Source: Octopus sinensis (Eukaryota). From it: DNA of 64,000 nt. This document shows, piece after piece, positions 14,815-27,064 of this stretch; position 1 is the first letter of the stretch; the number at the start of each line of letters is the position of its first letter. The notes under the pieces were generated by a model. That model had not been told where the DNA came from. It saw nothing but the letters and a program-made list of their open reading frames with translations, and did not search any database. Location: the NCBI RefSeq assembly GCF_006345805.1, contig NC_042997.1:200074001-200138000 (forward strand). Reading direction: 5' to 3'. The position numbers were made by a program, and so were the translations under genes.

Positions 14815-15618
14815 ATAATTAAGCTAAACAGAAATAAATAGACGAAGTAAAATCCTGACAATGGCTGAGAAAATCAAATTAGGACTCAAAGCAGAGACTG
14901 AAGGATTTTTAATTGTAGCACAAGATCAAAGTCTTCTCATCAGAAATCACCAAAAACACGTGATGAAAAGAAAGAATATGTAGAGATGGAGAAGAAGCAA
15001 TAAATCATATTGTCTGTGGCTGCCCAGTCCTGGCTAAGAAGGAATATATTCACAGACACAACAGAGTTGGGATCTATATACACTGGAAGCTATGCCAACT
15101 CTATGGAACAACAACAGAAAAAAGATGACAAACGCCAGAAAAGGTCACAGAAAATGAGAAAGCAACCATACTCTGGGAAATGCCAATACACACAGATAGA
15201 GAAATCAAGGCCAATAGGCTGGATATCGTTGTCAGAAATCAAGGAAAAAAATGCTTTTTAATTAATGTATCAATACCAACAAATGACAACATTTCTCTAA
15301 AAGAAATGGAGAAACTTTCAAAATACAAAGATCTGGAATTAGAGGTAACCAGAATGTGGAATCTAAAAACAGAAACAATTCCTATCATAATAGGTGTATT
15401 AGGCATGATAAAAAAATATTCAGACAAATACATAACAAAAACACCAGGACTTACAAATATATATAGCATACAGAAAATAGCACTACTAGGCACAGCACAC
15501 ATCCTACGTAAAACACTTTCAGTACAGTGAAAATGAGAGCATCACAACAAACCACAGCACATACCCAGGACACACAGAGCTGTATTCGGTTGTGCAGTGA
15601 AAGCATGTGATAAAAGAA
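14815..15618 (+). mobile_element. 5'-truncated, decayed copy of the R4/Dong LINE 3' end
   Basis: Matches ~18670-19490 (MPIHTDREIKANRLDIVVRNQGKKCFLINVSIP...LGTAHILRKTLSVQ*); (TAA)n on both sides. Confidence 0.85.
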
Positions 15619-15674
15619 ATAATAATAATAATAATAATAATAATGATAATAATAATAATAATAATAATACATAA

Positions 15675-15860
15675 AAAAAACATCTGAAAACCTTAGAAAT
15701 ACCCTACGATATAGATGAATTGCAAAAGTCTGCATTACTTGGAACTGCATGTGTATTGCATAAAATACTGTTTGTCTGAGGTCCTTGTTGTGAGTTGACA
15801 AACAGTACAAACCCCCGGAAGACACAATATCTTCAATCAACAACCTCACAATGTTGTATA
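15675..15860 (+). mobile_element. Extreme 3' end of another R4/Dong-type family
   Basis: HLKTLEIPYDIDELQKSALLGTACVLHKILFV* directly after a (TAA)n run. Confidence 0.55.
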
Positions 15861-15894
15861 CTGTGTGATGGCTATAATATTAATATTTATAATA

Positions 15895-16502
15895 ATCAAC
15901 ATCATCATCATCGTTTAACGTCTGTTTTCCATGCTAGCATGGGTTTGACGGTTCGACTGGGGTCTGGGAGGCTAGGAGGCTGCACCAGACTCCAGTCTGA
16001 TCTGGCAGTGTTTCTACAGCTGGATGCACTTCCTAATGCCAACCACTCTGTGAATGTAGTGGGTGCTTTTTATGTGCCACCAGCACAGAGGCCAGAGGAA
16101 GATGGAAATGGCCATGATTGTTTGGTGCTTTTTACGTGCCACCAGCATGGAAGCCAGTCGAGGTGGTGCTGGCATCGGCCATGTTCGTACGGTGATTTTT
16201 ACGTGCCACTGGCATGGGGATCACAGCTACAATTTCCACTTGATTTTCATTTTGATGTTGATGTACTTGACTTAATAGGTCTCCTCAAGCACAGCAGGTC
16301 ACCTTTCGATCCAAGGCACTTTTGAATGGGCTGGGGCTGGTTATGTGAAACTGGTGTAGGTTACAGCTGTGAACTCACTTTATTTGCTGGATCTTCGCAG
16401 TCACAGCATATCTCCAGAGATCTCAGTCGTTCGTCATTGCCTCTGTGAGGCCCAACATTCGAAGGTCATGCTGGACCACCTCATCCCATGTCTTCCTGGG
16501 TT
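15895..16502 (-). mobile_element. RTE LINE 3' fragment: last codons plus full 3' UTR
   Basis: Minus frame PRKTWDEVVQHDLRMLGLTEAMT... then the UTR/(GAT)n tail; homologous to 58815-59530. Confidence 0.8.
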
Positions 16503-16753
16503 TTAATAATAATAATCCTTTCTACTATAGGGACAATGCCTGAAATTTTGTTTGCTAGCATTGGTTGATTACATTGACCCCAATATTTGATTTGTATTTA
16601 TTTTATTGACCCTGAAATGATGAAAGGAAAGGTCAGCCTCAACAGGATTTGAACTCAGAACACAAAGCCAGAGGAAATGCTCTTAAGTATTTTGTCCAGT
16701 GCAGTAACAATTCTGTCAGGTGATCTCCTTAATAGTAATAATAATAATAATAA

Positions 16754-16789
<36 letters not shown>

Positions 16790-16791
<2 letters not shown>

Positions 16792-19497
16792 TAACATCAC
16801 AGAGAAAGATTTGCCTGAAATAAAAGAAAAGCTGAAGCAAGATATCCTTGCCAAAGCACAAAGGATCCGCCGGTACAAGAAACGCCAACGCTTCTTTGAA
16901 GAAAACAAAAAGTTCAACTCTAACCCCAAAAAGTTCTACCAAGAACTGGGAAAAAATAAAATAGAAGTCACTGAGCACCAACGGCAGAAGAATTGGAAGA
17001 ATTCTGGGGAGAAATATGGTCGGCGAACGAACCACCAAAAAAAAGGAGTATCAGAATAACAAACTCGGCATCTGAACAACTTTGGACGCCCATAACAACT
17101 GAAGAGGTCACCCAGGCACTGCAAAGACTAAGCAACTGGAAGGCACCTGGGCATGACAAGATCCCCAACTTCTGGTTGAAATATCTAACAGGAATGCACA
17201 AAAAGCTGGCTGAAAACTTTAACAAAGTACTAGCAGAGCCAGAGACAATGCCTGAATGGCTCACGAAGGGGAAAACCATCTTAATTCCCAAATCAAATGA
17301 AACAGAAAAACCAGAAAACTACAGACCAATAACCTGTCTCCCTACTATGTTCAAGGCATTTACTGCAGTGATATCACAAAGGCTGAACAAGCACCTGGAC
17401 GAAAACAAACTGTTCCCAGAAGAGCAGAAAGGATGCCGCAAAGGCTCATATGGCTGTAAAGATCAACTAATGATTAATAAAGCCATAACTGAAGACAGCC
17501 ACAGAAAGAAGAAAGGCCTCAGTATGGCCTGGATTGACTACAAAAAGGCGTTTGATAGCATCCCCCACACATGGATCCTCGAAACACTAGCCATTAACAA
17601 AGTAGCACCAACAATCATAAAATTCATAGAGCACTCTATGAATAAATGGCAAACAGTCCTACACCTCCAAACAAAAGAGGGACTCATGAAAACCAAAGAC
17701 ATCCCCATTAGAAGAGGAATATTCCAGGGAGACACGCTCTCTCCACTCCTTTTCTGCTTGGCACTGTCACCTCTATCTGATATGCTAAATAGAACTGGAT
17801 GCGGATATAAATGTTACGGCAAAACGATCAGCCACCTTTTATATATGGATGACCTAAAACTATACGCTGCAAATGACAAACAGCTGGAAACACTATTAAA
17901 GACAGTTCATGGATTTACCAAAGAAATAGATATGAAATTTAGATTAGAAAAATGCGCCAAAGTAACCCTGAAAAGAGGAAAACTAGTTAAGAGTAACAAC
18001 ATCACACTAGATAAAACCAATGAAATAAAAGAATTAGACCAAAGCCAAACTTACAAATACTTAGGAATCCATGAACTAGATAAGACACAACACACACAAA
18101 TGAAAGAGAAAATAAAAAAAGAATATTATAGACGAGTTAGATCAATACTAAATACAGAGCTCAATGCTAAAAACAAGATAATAGGTATCAACACTTTAGC
18201 TGTCCCAGTTATAAGTAACAGCTACAATATCCTTAACTGGACACGAAATGAACTGACCAAAATAGATAGGAAAACAAGAAAAATACTGACAGGATCTAGG
18301 ACGCATCACCCAAAATCTGACATAGAAAGACTATATATACAACGTATAGAAGGTGGTAGAGGCCTTATACAGCTGGAAAACTACTATAAAATAACCACCA
18401 TAGGACTGCAAAAATATCTACTTCAGAAGGAAGGAAAACTGATCCAGATAGCGGCAAAACACGAGCAAAACAAAAAACTGTTCTCAGTATTTAAGGAAGC
18501 TGACAAATACAAACAAGAAATCATACCACCTAATAAACATGAAGAAGAAGAAGAAGATGAAGAAACAACAAAAGCTATAAAACAAATGAAATCCAAACTA
18601 AAAATAGAACAGCAACGAACCATGATAAAACGATGGCAAGAAAAGCCCCTTCATGGTAAATACTGGACTAAACTAAACGCAAAAGAAATAGACAAAGAAA
18701 AATCCCAGCAATGGTTGAGAAGCTCAGGACTCAAAGCAGAAACAGAGGGATTTTTAATTGCAGCACAAGACCAAAGCCTCCCCACCAGAAATTACCAAAA
18801 ACATGTAATGAAAAGAAATATTACAAATAACTGCAGAATATGTGGAGATGGACAAGAAACAATAAATCATATTATCTCTAGCTGCCCAGTCTTGGCTAAG
18901 AAGGAATATATTCACAGACATGACAGAGTTGGAACCTACATACATTGGAAGATATGCTAACATTATGGAATAACAACAGAACAAAGATGGTATAGGCACA
19001 CACCAGAAAAGGTCACAGAAAACGAGAAAGCAACCATACTCTGGGATATGCCGATACACACAGATAGAGAAATTAAGGCCAACAGACCAGATATAGTTGT
19101 CAGAGATCATGAAGAAAAAAAATGCTTTCTAATTGATGTATCAATACCGGCTGATGACAACATGTCTCTAAAAGAAATGGAGAAACTCTCAAAATACAAA
19201 GACCTGGAAATAGAGGTAACTAGAATGTGGAATCTGAAAACAGAAACAATTCCTATCATAGTAGGTGCATTAGGCATGATAAAAAAATATTCAGACAAAT
19301 ACATAACAAAAACACCAGGACTTACAAACATATAACATACAGAAAATTGCACTACTAGGCACTGCACACATCCTACGCAGAACACTTTCCATACAATAAC
19401 CATCAGAGCATCACAACAAATCACAGCACATACCCAAGGCACACAGAGCTGTGCTCGGTAGTGAAGTGAAAGCACGCTATAAAAATAAAACTACTGA
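16790..19497 (+). mobile_element. R4/Dong-clade non-LTR retrotransposon, 5'-truncated (RT + CCHC + REL endonuclease)
   Basis: 655-codon ORF 16993-18960 with RT motifs GIFQGDTLSPLLFCL and HLLYMDDLKLY, zinc knuckle CRICGDGQETINHIISSC, then RPDIVVRD..KKCFLIDVSIP and EKLSKYKDL. Lesions: frameshift ~16975, TAA at 18958-18960, frameshift ~19330. (TAA)n on both sides. Confidence 0.92.
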
Positions 19498-19849
19498 ATA
19501 ATAATAATAATAATAGCTATCTGAGCCGCTGGACTGGTTCTTGTGCAGGTGGCACATAAAAAGCACCATTTGACCGTGGCTTCTGTCAGTACCGCCTGAC
19601 TGGCCCTTGTGCCGGTGGCATGTAAAAGCACCCACTACACTCTCAGAGTGGTTGGCGTTAGGAAGGGCACCCATCTGTAGAAACTCTGCCAGATCAGACT
19701 GGAGTCTGGTGCAGCCATCTGGTGCAGCCATCTGGTTCGCCAGACCTCAGTCAAATTGTCCAACCCATCCCAGCATGGAAAGCGGACGTTAAACGATGAT
19801 GATGATGATGATGATGATGCCTACTTTCTGTAATTCTATGCAAAGTCAC

Positions 19850-20160
19850 TTTGAGCTGAGGGAGAATGAACCTTGTCTGAACCACCTTCTCTTCATGAAA
19901 GATTTAAAACTGTTCATGGAAACAGAGCCTGAATGGAGAGGCTGGTCGAGATTGTACAAATATGCTGCAAAGATAGAGGAATGAAATTTGGGATTGCAGT
20001 GTGTGGTGCTAACATTGAAACAGGAAAAAGTAAATGGTAGGGACATAGATTTGCCAAACAGAGAGCAAACGGGAGACTCAGATGATCATGTGTAACAAAT
20101 AACTTGGGATCCTGAAGCTGGACAATATCTTGCACTGAGAAATAAAGACAAGGTCGAAGA
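19850..20160 (+). mobile_element. Decayed RT fragment of another R4/Dong-like family
   Basis: FELRENEPCLNHLLFMKDLKLF...MKFGI resembles the HLLYMDDLKLY...MKF region of the neighbouring element; multiple frameshifts. Confidence 0.6.
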
Positions 20161-20269
20161 AATGTAAAGTGGATGTCAGCTGGTTAGTATACAGGAGTAG
20201 ATCAACAGAGAAAGAAGAAACATGACAGAGTATTTGGCAAACAGCAAACAAGACTTGTGACTGCATGCT

Positions 20270-20638
20270 GCTGATGCTTGTTTGTTTGTTGAGAGAAGCG
20301 GTCTTCTGAGAAGTTCAAAACAAGGTCCTTTGCTATTCGTAAGACCCGCAGAAGAGAAAGCAGGTCACCCCCCGACACTCAGAGCATCGACGGATGGATG
20401 AATGCACATCCAGGCTCAGCGGTTGCATAGGAAGTTGGGGACAAGAAACAGGAAGAAAGAGTGAGAGAAAGTTGGAGTGAAAGAGTACAACAGGGGTCGC
20501 CACCACCCCCTGTCGGAGCCTCATGGAGCTTTAGGTGTTTTCGCTCAATAAACATACACAACGCCTGGCCTGGGAATCGAAACCGCGATCCTCCGAACAT
20601 GAGTCTGCTGTCCTAACCATTGGGCCATTGTGCCTCCT
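20270..20638 (-). mobile_element. SINE family D
   Basis: Reverse complement of 13014-13412. Confidence 0.8.
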
Positions 20639-21802
20639 GCTGCTAATGCAGAATGATTTACCAACAAAAGAGGTGAGAGTGCAAATGAAATCTGATCATG
20701 AAATAGCCAATGACAGAGAGCACTGTTCTTTCTCCACTTTAAGAAGGAATATAAAAATTATCAAAATAACAAAATATATTCCTCGTGCAAAGATGGATGA
20801 AAAATATTAGTTTCAAATCTTGCACAAGGCCAGCAATTTTGGGGCAGTGGGTAAGTCATTTACATTGACCCCAATTCTCAGCTGGTGCCTATTTTATCGA
20901 CCTTGAAAGGAGGAAAGGCAAAGTCGACTCCAGCGGCATTTGAACTCAGAACATAAAGTCAGAAAAAATGCTGCTAAACATTTTGTTTGGTGCAGGAATG
21001 ATTCTGACAATTTTCCATCTTATTGATGAAATATATTAAGCGGGAATAATATAATCCACTTCAAAATTCTTGAAAATATTTTGGTGCTAAATTTTGGCAA
21101 CATTTGTAAGCCTTTTTCCTAAATATATTTTCTCTTGATAAACACAAGAAATGTTTAATTAGCCTCAGTAGAGATCTGACACTTTGGAGAAATGTCCTAG
21201 ATCATTTTTATTAGCAGTCTTTCTCATTCTTTAATCCATCATTTCTCAAATATCTTTAGTTATTTTCATCAATTATTTCATATCTAACAGCAATATTTCT
21301 TTGATTGTGAGTAAAATTTCCGTTTGCTTTCATTTGGGATTATTCATTTTTTCTTTCTTCCATTCTACAAATTTTCTGGTTATATTATGATTAAGAATAA
21401 TTTGATACAATTTGTCACTTTACTCTTTACATTGTATTAAACAGGAATTTTATTTATTTATTTATTTTATTTAATGTTTTGCTTGCTCTTATATAATCAT
21501 TAACGTTGATTAAACACATAAACAATTAATCTTTCTTTGTTTTTCTCTCAGGCTCAAATAATTCATTTTTAATCTACTCATTACACTTGTTTTGAAGATT
21601 TGCTCCTGGCCAGTATTGCAACGTTATAATTCTTTTATTAACAAAAACAACATCCAATAAACTTTATTTCTACATTGTCAATGTTACTGTTGTTATTTCC
21701 GCTCAGACCAGGCTTTATTGAGTATACTTATGATCAAAGATATTCTAAATATCATCTTTCTATCTTTTAAGGGATAATATTAGACTACATTATTTAATAC
21801 AA

Positions 21803-22080
21803 CGTGGAGGCACAGAGCCTAGTGGTTAAAGCAGTGAACTCACGGTCAAGGGATTGCAGGTTAGAATCTCAGGCCAGGCGATGTGTGTGTTTATGAGTGA
21901 AACAACTAAGCTCCACGTAGCTCCGGCAGCAGGTAATGGTGAACTTCCACTGACTCTTTCACCACAACTTTCTCTCACTCTTTCCTCCTGCATCTTGCAG
22001 CTCACCTGCGACGGACTGGCATCCCATCCAGGTCGAGAACCCATATGCCAAGGAAACTGGGAAACAGGCTCTATGCTCCA
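21803..22080 (+). mobile_element. SINE family C
   Basis: Homologous to 12447-12750. Confidence 0.8.
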
Positions 22081-22335
22081 CAAGGGGCAAAAAGGATTAA
22101 GAAGAATTTTAATACATTCTTTTCTTATTTAAGACAGTAGAGTGATATGAGGGAGATTTAACAACTATTTCTAGCAGGATACACTCTTGTCCATTTGCTT
22201 TATCACCATATAACAAATAATACGTTCATCTAAATTAATGATATTAAATGTGTGAAAGTATTAATTACGATGGCAAGAATTGGACTCAGAATGAAAAGGG
22301 TTGCAATGGAATACTGCAAAACATTTTGATCACTG

Positions 22336-22722
22336 AAGTATATCTGCTACCCAAATGTGGCTAACCTTTAAGGGTTGATGCTACTGTTGCTTATAGCCCC
22401 AAGAAGACACCTCCTCCACCTGGGTATTGACACACTATCTGTGCCCTATCAGTATTTGCAAAGGGGAGTCATTGTTACCATCTCCAGCCTGACGTGATAC
22501 ACATGGACCCGAGTTTCTGGGTATTGACCCGTCATCATGATGACTTCCCTTTGCAAATACTGATTGGGTACAGATAGTGTGTCAATAGCCAGCTGGAGGA
22601 TGTATCTTCCTGGGGCTACAAGCTACAGTAGCATCAACCCTTAAGGGCTAACCACATTTAAGTGGAAAATATACTTCACGATGTCGTGCAGCTACTGTTT
22701 ATACCTCGCTCAGAGATTTATT
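22336..22722 (-). mobile_element. Non-coding foldback retro-insertion with degenerate hammerhead motif (Penelope-like/retrozyme family)
   Basis: 13-bp direct repeat attttgatcactg at 22323-22335 and 22723-22735; inverted arms ~22336-22472 / ~22538-22678; alignable by eye to 26448-26704. Confidence 0.75.
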
Positions 22723-22744
22723 ATTTTGATCACTGTTTGACCTA

Positions 22745-23160
22745 TTCTTATTTCTTTATTGTCCACAAGGGGCTTCACATAGAGGGGACAAACAAGGACA
22801 GGCAAAGGGATTAAGTCGATTATATCGACCCCAGTGCATAACTGGTACTTATTTAATCGACCCCAAAAGGATGAAAGGCTAAGTTGACCTCAGTTGAACT
22901 CAGAACGTAACGGCAGATGAAATACTTATTTCTTTATTACCCACAAGGGGTTAAACATAGAGGGGACAAACAAGGACAGACATAGGTATTAAGTCGATTA
23001 CATCGACCCCAGTGCGTAACTGGTACTTAATTTATTAACCCCGAAAGGATGAAAGGCAAAGTTGACCTCGGCAGAATTTGAACTCACAACGTAACGACAG
23101 ACGAAATACCGCTAAGAATTTTGCCCGGCGTGCTACCGATTCTGCCAGCTCGTCGCCTTT
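22745..23160 (-). mobile_element. Tandem pair of SINE family B (headless copy plus full copy)
   Basis: Two consecutive units beginning ttatttctttat..ccacaagggg at ~22748 and ~22925; the second retains the tRNA-like head ending ...ctgccagctcgtcgcctt. Confidence 0.85.
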
Positions 23161-24074
23161 TTGATTTGTTTGACCTATTCTAATAATCCAACATAGATAA
23201 AGATTCTTAAAAAAAGAAAACTAAAATTATTTACATAGTCATGTAGTTGAACACTTTACTTTGAAATCATTTGATTTGGGGGTTCGATTCCAATGCGCAG
23301 CAGCTTAACAAAGTTTCTTCTAATGTAACCAGTGTGAGTGGAATTTGGCTAACAGAAACTTTAGTTTTTGCCAAATTTACTTGAAGCCCTTTTAGTTACA
23401 GCTTTTGTTTTCATGTCTGGAATTTCTTCCCCAATTCTTCTACTGATGTGGTGTTTATTTTATCAACCTTGAAAGGATGAAAGGTAAAGTCGACTCCAGT
23501 GGTATTTGAACTCAGAACATAAAGTCAGAAAAAATGCTGCTAAACATTTTGTTTGGTGCAGGAATGATTCTGACAATTTTCCACCTTACTGATGAAACAT
23601 ATTAAGCGGAAATAATATAATCCACTTCAAAATTCTTGAAAATATTTTGGTGCTAAATTTCGGCAACATTTGTAAGCCTTTTTCATAAAATATATTTTCT
23701 CTTGATAAACAAATATATTTTCTCTTGATGTGGTTGTGTGGTAAGAAGCTTGCTTCCCAACAACATGGTTCTACATTCAGTTCCACAGTGTGGTGCCTTT
23801 GGCAAGTGTCTTTTACTATAACCTCAAGACAACCAAAGCCTTATGAGTGGATATGGTAGTCAGAAACTGAAAGAAGCCCATCATAGGTATATCATTTTTC
23901 GGGAAAAACATAAATCTGAAGAAGAAGCACACTCTAAGAAGAGCAGTCTATATTAATTACTGGAGAATGCTGGTTTTTAGGGTTACCTTTATGGTGTATT
24001 TTCAGACCCTGAGACCTGTTGGCCTATACATACATAGAAAGAGAGAGCACGAGAGCATGCTAGAGAGAGGGAGG

Positions 24075-24112
<38 letters not shown>

Positions 24113-24359
24113 ACTGTGGCCGTGATGGGGCACTTTATTTCACATTGCTCCAGTTTACTCAGCTGGTAAAAATGAGTTGTGCCTGTATTTCAAAGGTCCA
24201 GTCTATCACACTCTGTGTCATGCTGAGTCTTCTTGAGAACTATGTTAAGGATATGTGAGTCTGTGGAGAGCTCAGCCACTTGCACATTAATTTTGTTAGC
24301 AAGCTATTCAGTTGATGAAATCAAGTGGAACCCTTGTCATCGTAATCAATGGAGAGCCA

Positions 24360-24394
<35 letters not shown>

Positions 24395-26446
24395 TGTTTG
24401 TGTGTGTCTGTGTTTGTTCCCCCACCATCGCTTGACAATTGGTGCTGGTGTGTTTACATCCCTGAAACTTAGTGGTTCAGCAAAAGAGACTGATAGAATA
24501 AGTAGTAGGCTTACAAAGAATAAGTTCTGGTGGTTGATTTGCTCAACTAAAGGTAGTGCTCCAGCATGGCCATAGTCAAATGACTGAAACAAGTAAAAGA
24601 GTAAAAGAGATATATGTATGTGTGTGTGTGGGGGGGATGCTTGGGGGTTTGTGCATGTGGTGAAGAAATTCACTTTGCAATCACATGGTTTCGGACTCAG
24701 TCTCACTGCATGAGACCATGGGCTTTTTGCTACTACCCTGAACCAACCAAAGCCTTGTGAGTGGATATGGTAGAGAGAAACTGAAAGAAGCCTGTTATAT
24801 GTATACACACAAATGCAGAGAGGGACTCATACACACACATACACACACTAAGATATTTAATATTTAAAAAATCAATTTAAAAACAATGCAATGTTGTTCT
24901 CTAAGTTCATTAGTTTGTTCTAACCATTTTAGTCTTGCCCATGCTGGAGCATCTACCCCCAAATTTACCAATCTATAATTAAATACCTTCTGAGACATAG
25001 TTGTTGTAGCTTACATTGAAACAAAATCTTTGATCTGAGACTTATAAAATTAAATATGTCAAATATTAATGCAAGTTCTTTCTTGTTTAGTGGATTAGCT
25101 GTGTATAATATCTTACTTAATTTCGTTAAGTGGAATACAGTTTCAGAAAATATATTAAGATTAGAAATTACTTTTGGATTTTTGTATCTTAATAATCAAA
25201 CTATTTATTTATCTATTCTGTTTGAAATGGATTTCAAGAGAATAATTGTTATTTTATATCAATTTCTTATAAGAAAAAACAAAATTAAATGTGAATATAA
25301 TTTTGTTTCATATTTCATAACTAAAAGATGAATGACGTCAACAAGCAGTTTATAGAATTTTAGATATTCGAAGGCAAGTAATTTCATGTGAAAGAATGTT
25401 TATCATACATAAGAACGCACATATGTACATAGATACAATAGGCACAAGTACGGCTGTGAGGTGAGAAGTTTGCTTCAAACCACATAGTTCTGGGTTCAGT
25501 CCCACTGTACAGCATCTTAGGTAAATGTCTTCTGCTATTGCCTTGGGCCAACCAGAGATTTGTGAGTGGATTTGGTTGACAGAAACTAAAAGAAGCCTGT
25601 CATATGTATGTGAATCGTTGGCAATTTTTTTTCGTCTGTCTTTCTTTTCTCTTGGACTTTCCTCTATCTCCTGTTTCTGGAGAAGAGCTTTGCTCAAAAT
25701 GTAAAACCACTTTTCTTTCCTTCCCTGAGTGTCTACTAATACTTTGCATGCATCATTTCCACGTGATGTTGTTTTTTTCTTGTGTTTGTTCTTTGTTTTT
25801 TTTTATTTACTATATATATATATATCATCATCATCATCATCATCATTGTTTAACGTCCGCATTCCATGCTAGCATGGGTTGGACGGTTTGACTGAGGGCT
25901 GGTGAACCAGATGGCTGCACCAGGCTCAAGTCTTGATCTGGCAAAGTTTCTACAGCTGGATGCCCTTCCTAATGCCAACCACTCCGAGAGTGTAGTGGGT
26001 GCTTTTACGTGCCACCGGCACGGGCCAATTAGGCGGTACTGGAAATGACCTCAGCACAGGTGCCAGTAAGGCGATGCTGACATATATACATATATATCTT
26101 TACTCCAATAAAAGAAAAATATGTAATGACCATTATTTTTACTTGTTTTTGCATGTATATATTGGTATATGTATGTGGAAATGAATTGGTGTGTATATGT
26201 ATTTCTCATATATATATTGTCGGTGTACTTCTACTGAAGAGTGTAAAGTAATTTTTATCACAGAATACGAAATCTTAAGATATAGAGTTAACTGAAATTT
26301 TATAATTCTTCTTGTCCATTTCCTTGCATTCAGCCTTGTGTTATAAAAAGAGAAGAAATTTAGAGTGGTTTGTAGACATTTGACATCTACTTTTAGCATA
26401 TTGGCATTGGCCCTCCAGCGCTTTTAATTATAATTATATTTTTATA

Positions 26447-26941
26447 GCATTAATAAATCTCTGAACGAGATATAAACAGTAACCACTCAACAACGTAAAG
26501 TGTACTAGCCATCTGAATGTGGCTAGCCACTGGGGGTGGGGTGTTACTGACGCTTTTAGCCCCAGGAGATCAACGTCAACAGCTGGCCTTAGACACAATT
26601 TCAGTGCCCTTGTGTTATTTGCAAAGGGAGGTCATCCTCCCACGAAAACCTAAGTGATACATACGGACTATAGTTTCGAGGTAATTGCCTCTCGTCAACG
26701 CATGGTAAACACCGGTTTTCGATGAAGGAGACCTTTGCAAATAATAATATTTAATGTTTTTCACAGCAACCACAGTCACTGATTTAGAAAAACTGTCTGA
26801 AAACATTAATAAATCTCTGAACGAGATATAAACAGTAACCGCTCGACAACGTAAAGTGTACTAGCCATCTGAATGTGGCTAGCGTCAGTAACACCCCACC
26901 CCCAGTGGCTAGCCACATTCAGATGGCTAGTACACTTTACG
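26447..26941 (-). mobile_element. Non-coding tandem/inverted retro-insertion with hammerhead ribozyme (retrozyme-like)
   Basis: 356-bp unit 26448-26803, partial direct repeat 26804-26883, inverted 62-bp copy 26882-26943; 13-bp direct repeat ttatatttttata at 26434-26446 and 26942-26954. Confidence 0.8.
26660..26704 (-). ncRNA. Type I hammerhead ribozyme motif (C3U variant)
   Basis: Minus strand CAUGCG-UUGACGA-GAGG CAAUUA CCUC-GAAAC UAUA GUC^CGUAUG: stem I CAUGCG/CGUAUG, stem II GAGG/CCUC, palindromic stem III ACUAUAGU, GUC cleavage triplet. Confidence 0.75.
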
Positions 26942-27064
26942 TTATATTTTTATAATTATACACTTAAAAATTAATTTTACCAATATGGTGGTTTTTATAC
27001 ACCAACCACTGATATAATCATTTTAATGATTATATCCTCAATTTATGCGTACACACACACACAA

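Noticed and set aside
26470-26850. Two A/G differences between the direct repeats as traces of A-to-I editing
   Set aside because: Both lie at CpG sites (ccgc/ccac, tcga/tcaa) and are more simply explained by CpG decay.
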